The notes below the pieces were generated by a model, which was not told the DNA's origin, did no database searches, and worked only from the letters and a program-made list of their open reading frames with translations. From the NCBI GenBank assembly GCA_045805065.1, contig JBJMMA010000228.1, forward strand, positions 1 to 11,146: a DNA stretch of 11,146 bases, given 5' to 3'. Below, one piece after another: positions 7,833 through 11,146 of this stretch (the stretch's first letter is position 1; every line of letters begins with the position of its first letter). Source of the DNA: Bdellovibrionia bacterium. Lineage in GTDB: Bacteria; Bdellovibrionota; UBA1018. The position numbers were made by a program, and so were the translations under genes.

Positions 7833-8387
7833 TTAGCTTGCAGCTTTCTTGGATTGCTCTTCTTGTTTTCCGCCGAGAATCCGGGTGAGGAATCCTCCGC
7901 TCTTCTTCTGGCCGATCTCGACGGTTCGGCCTTGAGAAGTTTGTGATTTAGGCAGAGCGACCTTCAGCACTCCATCCTGGAAGTCAGCTTCAATATCTTC
8001 GGATTTGATATTAGAAGGCAGCGTGAACGATCGCTCAAACTTGCCATAGGATCGCTCAACCATGTGCTGGTTCTTTTTGTCCTGCACATTTTCACTTTTA
8101 CGCTCGCCAGAAATCGTCAGTTGATGATCTTTCAAACTGATTCGCACGTCCTCTTTCTTCACTCCGGGCAGATCCATACTGAGAAGAAAGTGATCATCGC
8201 GTTCTTCAATATCCATTGCTGGATTAAACGAAAGCTCCGGCATTGTCGTTTGCCACTGTGCAGGTGACAAATCAAAAAAATCATCAAACAAGCGGTCTAG
8301 TCCTCGATGAAGAGAGCTGATTTCTCTCATTGCCTCACGAGGACTCCAGCCACCTCGTTTATAAACATCCAGAGTTTTATTGGCCAT
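7833..8387 (-). CDS. Hsp20/alpha-crystallin small heat shock protein
   Basis: LDRLFDDFF; PAMDIEERDDHFLLSMDLPGVKKEDVRI; LTISGERK; ERSYGKFERSFTLP; ADFQDGVLKVALPK; VEI (IXI) motif; AGGAGG Shine-Dalgarno 8 nt upstream of ATG. Confidence 0.96.
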   Translation of the reverse strand: MANKTLDVYKRGGWSPREAMREISSLHRGLDRLFDDFFDLSPAQWQTTMPELSFNPAMDIEERDDHFLLSMDLPGVKKEDVRISLKDHQLTISGERKSENVQDKKNQHMVERSYGKFERSFTLPSNIKSEDIEADFQDGVLKVALPKSQTSQGRTVEIGQKKSGGFLTRILGGKQEEQSKKAAS

Positions 8388-8426
8388 AATCCATACCTCC
8401 TATCTGCGTTTTTATTTTCATTCTTA

Positions 8427-8454
8427 AGTTGGGATGGATTGATGAACTGTCAAG
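8427..8454 (-). promoter_or_regulatory. RpoH (sigma32)-like promoter of hsp20
   Basis: Minus strand CTTGACA-N13-TCCCAACT, resembling CTTGAAA-N13/14-CCCCATNT, directly upstream of a heat-shock gene; no good sigma70 -10 at 17 bp from this TTGACA. Confidence 0.55.
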
Positions 8455-8499
8455 CGCGCCTGAAAATGGGCCTGATCTTGTATGTCAATCAACTGTACT

Positions 8500-8865
8500 A
8501 TGATTCGATTTATAGGAATTAAAGCAATCAGCGATAAGCTTAGCCTGGGAGAAAAGCCGGTCCTTCTGGACATCACTCCTGAAGCGTCCTACCAGAAGAC
8601 TCATCCTCGTACGGCGATCAACATTCCGGTCGAGCGGCTCAAGGACCCTAAGGTCAGCAGCAGCTATCTGACAAACCCTGGCAAGGAAATCGTGATTTTT
8701 GCCGAGGACTACGAAACGGAGCCGGCCTGGGAAGCAGCAGAAATTCTGCATGCTCGCGGGTATAACAATCTTTACATCTATGAGGGCGGCAAAGCCAAAT
8801 GGGTGGAGGATGGCCAATCGTTCGAGGCCGTGCACTATCCGCCTGGAAAAGGTAGCGCCGCTTAG
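8500..8865 (+). CDS. Single-domain rhodanese-like protein lacking the catalytic Cys
   Basis: VLLDITPEASYQKTHPRTAINIP, EIVIFAED, AAEILHARGYNNLYIYEGGKAKW match the rhodanese fold motifs. ATG 8500 preferred over 8482. Confidence 0.85.
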   Translation: MIRFIGIKAISDKLSLGEKPVLLDITPEASYQKTHPRTAINIPVERLKDPKVSSSYLTNPGKEIVIFAEDYETEPAWEAAEILHARGYNNLYIYEGGKAKWVEDGQSFEAVHYPPGKGSAA

Positions 8866-8889
8866 AAAGCTATCCTACACTGCAAGCAT

Positions 8890-9327
8890 ATGAGAGCGGT
8901 GATACAGCGAGTTTCCAAGGCTGAAGTTCGGGTCAACGGCGAGCTTGTCTCGGAAATCAATGCAGGCATTCTCACACTGCTTGGCGTCGCCAAAAATGAT
9001 TCCGAAGCGCAGATGCGAAAGCTGATCCAGAAGATCGTCGAGCTCAGGATCTTTGAGGACGAGAACGGAAAGATGAATCTCTCGCTCCGTGACATCGGTG
9101 GATCTCATCTGATCGTCTCGCAATTCACCCTGGCCGGAGACACGTCTTCCGGAAAACGCCCTTCCTTTGTGAACGCTGAGCGCCCGGAGATCGCGAAAAC
9201 GGTTTACGAAAAAGCTCTTCAATACAGCAGTGAGCTCGGCATCCCTACCACTGGGGGAATATTTCAGGCCGACATGAAGATCAATCTCATAAATGACGGG
9301 CCGGTGACGTTCGTGCTCGACGTGTGA
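8890..9327 (+). CDS. dtd: D-aminoacyl-tRNA deacylase
   Basis: MRAVIQRV start, [20 protein letters not shown] and NDGPVT motifs; 145 aa. Confidence 0.97.
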   Translation: MRAVIQRVSKAEVRVNGELVSEINAGILTLLGVAKNDSEAQMRKLIQKIVELRIFEDENGKMNLSLRDIGGSHLIVSQFTLAGDTSSGKRPSFVNAERPEIAKTVYEKALQYSSELGIPTTGGIFQADMKINLINDGPVTFVLDV

Positions 9328-9422
9328 GACGGATGCAAAGGATGATTGCGTTCAATTCTTGACGCAAGACGCTCTGAAAAATGAATCAATTTTGAAACTG
9401 AGTTCGTTTTTAACAGTTAATG

Positions 9423-9451
9423 TTTACAACCTAAAAGCTCAGCCCTAGACT
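9423..9451 (+). promoter_or_regulatory. Sigma70 promoter of the CheY-like gene
   Basis: TTTACA (9423-9428)-N17-TAGACT (9446-9451) with AT-rich upstream sequence; GGAGG at 9474-9478 before ATG 9486. Confidence 0.6.
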
Positions 9452-9485
9452 TTAGTACTAGTCAGCATCATTTGGAGGAACGTCA

Positions 9486-9899
9486 ATGGCGGAGTTATCG
9501 CAGCTTCAATTTCTGGTCGTGGATGACATGCTTACGATGCGTAAAATCGTGTCACAGCAGCTCAAGGCTCTTGGAGTGACACAGATCACTGAAGCAAATG
9601 ACGGCTCAACCGCTTGGCAAATCCTTGAAGCTGCTGCGGCTACTCCAGATCGCGCGCCAAAGTTCATTGTCAGCGACTGGAACATGCCACAGATGAAAGG
9701 CATCGACCTCCTCAAGAAATGCCGCGCTCACCCTGCTTACAAGGACATTGCGTTTCTTCTTGTTACCGCAGAGGCAGAAGCAAGCCAGGTGAAAGAGGCG
9801 ATCATTGCTGGCGTTGACAACTACGTTGTCAAACCGTTCACTCCTGCCGCCTTCCAAGAAAAATTGAACGCTGTTTACAACAAACGCTTCAAGAAATAG
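9486..9899 (+). CDS. cheY: Single-domain CheY-like response regulator
   Basis: FLVVDDMLTMRKIV, IVSDWNMPQMKGIDLL (phospho-acceptor Asp), LVTAEA, AGVDNYVVKPFT: all canonical CheY residues present; strong SD. Confidence 0.88.
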   Translation: MAELSQLQFLVVDDMLTMRKIVSQQLKALGVTQITEANDGSTAWQILEAAAATPDRAPKFIVSDWNMPQMKGIDLLKKCRAHPAYKDIAFLLVTAEAEASQVKEAIIAGVDNYVVKPFTPAAFQEKLNAVYNKRFKK

Positions 9900-9959
9900 C
9901 TCTCAAGCTAAGCAGCCCGGCAATCCGAAGGCCAATCGCCGGCTTAAGCCAGAGTTTCA

Positions 9960-9975
9960 GGGCATCGTGATTGCA
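9960..9975 (+). promoter_or_regulatory. Sigma54 (RpoN) -24/-12 promoter-like site
   Basis: GGGCATCGTGATTGCA versus consensus TGGCACG-N4-TTGCW, with exact GG-N10-GC spacing, 16 nt upstream of ATG 9992. Confidence 0.55.
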
Positions 9976-9991
9976 CACCCTGTTACACGAC

Positions 9992-10717
9992 ATGATTAAA
10001 AACCTACTTTATTTTGTGGGACTGCTAGGCATACTCGTTGGGATCGGCATCAGTGCATACTCAGCCTTATCGATGCGACCCAAACTTGCGACACTCACGG
10101 ATCAGCTCGAGCAAAGTCTGGCGGCTGCTGATCGCCTGACCCTCAACGCGGGATCACTGAATTTGTCAGGGAACACTCTAGGCAAGGCATTAGGATCAGG
10201 TAGAGATACTCTTCGTGTTTTGCCTGAAACTCTGATCGCGCTGAAAGGCACGCTCATTGAAGCGTCCAACGCTCTTTCTGCCGCTGGCACAACGGCTCAG
10301 AAAACTCAGGAAGGCGCAGCCGGCCTCGTCCTTCCAAAAAAATCCGTCCAAGCCAGCAACATTCATCTGCAGGGCACCTCCGAACAGCTGCGACAGCTTT
10401 CGGATGTCGTGGGCGAGCTCAGCAAGTCCACAACAACGCTCGTTCGCAGCTTGGACGCACTCCCTACTTCGCTCAATCTGAACTTCAACCAGGCAGTACA
10501 AGGAACTCACACGCAGCTGCAAAGCATCCAGCGGTCTTTGCACGACGCTTCGATTCCGACGCAAGCCATGCTCCTGGGACTGGGCCTGGGCGGGCTGTAC
10601 ATCTTTCTGGGCTTCTCCCTGATTTTGATTGCTTCAATGTATCACCAGGCGGTCGTCTCAAACGCGACATCGCCTGCTGTGACACCCGAAAGCGCAGCCC
10701 CAAAAAGAGCTGCCTAA
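9992..10717 (+). CDS. Hypothetical membrane protein: two TM segments flanking a long helical/coiled-coil region
   Basis: N-terminal LLYFVGLLGILVGIGISAYSAL and C-terminal AMLLGLGLGGLYIFLGFSLILIA hydrophobic helices; Leu/Ser/Thr/Gln-rich heptad-like middle. ATG 9992 preferred to TTG 9971. Confidence 0.75.
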   Translation: MIKNLLYFVGLLGILVGIGISAYSALSMRPKLATLTDQLEQSLAAADRLTLNAGSLNLSGNTLGKALGSGRDTLRVLPETLIALKGTLIEASNALSAAGTTAQKTQEGAAGLVLPKKSVQASNIHLQGTSEQLRQLSDVVGELSKSTTTLVRSLDALPTSLNLNFNQAVQGTHTQLQSIQRSLHDASIPTQAMLLGLGLGGLYIFLGFSLILIASMYHQAVVSNATSPAVTPESAAPKRAA

Positions 10718-10745
10718 GGCATCAAACTGCTGAGAAACCCACTGC

Positions 10746-11146
10746 TTAGTGAAGAGTAGGCGTCAAAGAGCTGATCTTGCGCTTTGCGGAAAGAAGCGTC
10801 TGAGAAAGCGAATCCGCGTTTCTGACAAGCGTCTTCATATTTGCTTCTTGCGCTTCGTTCTTCAGCTTTTGAGCTTCGTCCACAAGGAGACTGAGCTGAG
10901 ACTCAAACTCCGGCAGGCGCTGAGTGACGATAGCTTTTTCCTCGTCCGTCATCTTCTGACCTTCAGCCTTTTTAAGCTCGGCAATCAATGTGCTGACTTT
11001 GCGAACCATCTCAGTGAGAGTGTGAAACTTTTCTGAAAGGCGATCATGAGCTTGCTGGCGCTCCTGAATTTCAGTCGCGCGAGCAGACACTGAATTGGCT
11101 GCCTTCTCCGCACGCACGCGTGCTTCATCCAATTCCTTGGCAAGCT
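10746..11146 (-). CDS. Hypothetical coiled-coil protein, 5' end outside the window
   Basis: Frame is open to the window edge (...LAKELDEARVRAEKAA...); E/K/A/Q/L-rich helical composition; stop at 10746. Confidence 0.75.
   Translation of the reverse strand, partial: LAKELDEARVRAEKAANSVSARATEIQERQQAHDRLSEKFHTLTEMVRKVSTLIAELKKAEGQKMTDEEKAIVTQRLPEFESQLSLLVDEAQKLKNEAQEANMKTLVRNADSLSQTLLSAKRKISSLTPTLH

Noticed and set aside
8388..8499. CIRCE, HAIR or FNR box upstream of hsp20
   Set aside because: No TTAGCACTC-N9-GAGTGCTAA or CTTGAGT-N7-ACTCAAG; TTGAT/GTCAA half-sites have the wrong spacing for FNR.
9900..9955. Terminator after cheY
   Set aside because: Only a loose CCGGC...GCCGG pairing with no U tract.
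1..11146. CRISPR array, tRNA/rRNA, IS element, prophage or defence island
   Set aside because: No spaced direct repeats, cloverleaf, transposase, integrase or phage genes seen, and no obvious compositional break by eye.

Overview
Gene-dense bacterial chromosomal window of moderate GC with no rRNA, tRNA, CRISPR array or mobile element. Gene style (receiver-TPR protein, orphan CheY, FadE with N-terminal membrane segment, sigma54-like site, C-terminal -AA tails) suggests a Bdellovibrionota/Oligoflexia-like or other deltaproteobacterial-type organism; this is inference only. Left arm, all minus strand, in transcription order: recX, secreted HMA (CxxC) metal-binding protein, intrinsic terminator, atypical receiver-TPR protein, GH15 glycoside hydrolase, fadE, then a cluster of hairpins/terminators. 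Divergent from recX is a stand-alone UvrC-N-like GIY-YIG nuclease, convergent with an Hsp20 gene that has an RpoH-like promoter. Right arm, plus strand: Cys-less rhodanese-like protein, dtd, orphan CheY-like regulator, and a two-TM helical protein behind a sigma54-like site; finally a truncated minus-strand coiled-coil gene. I cannot support a complete new multi-gene system. The best leads are an Hsp20 with a MinD-like membrane-targeting tail, the divergent recX/GIY-YIG pair without recA, two apparent pseudo-active-site proteins (Asp-to-Glu receiver, Cys-less rhodanese), and several apparently near-leaderless genes.
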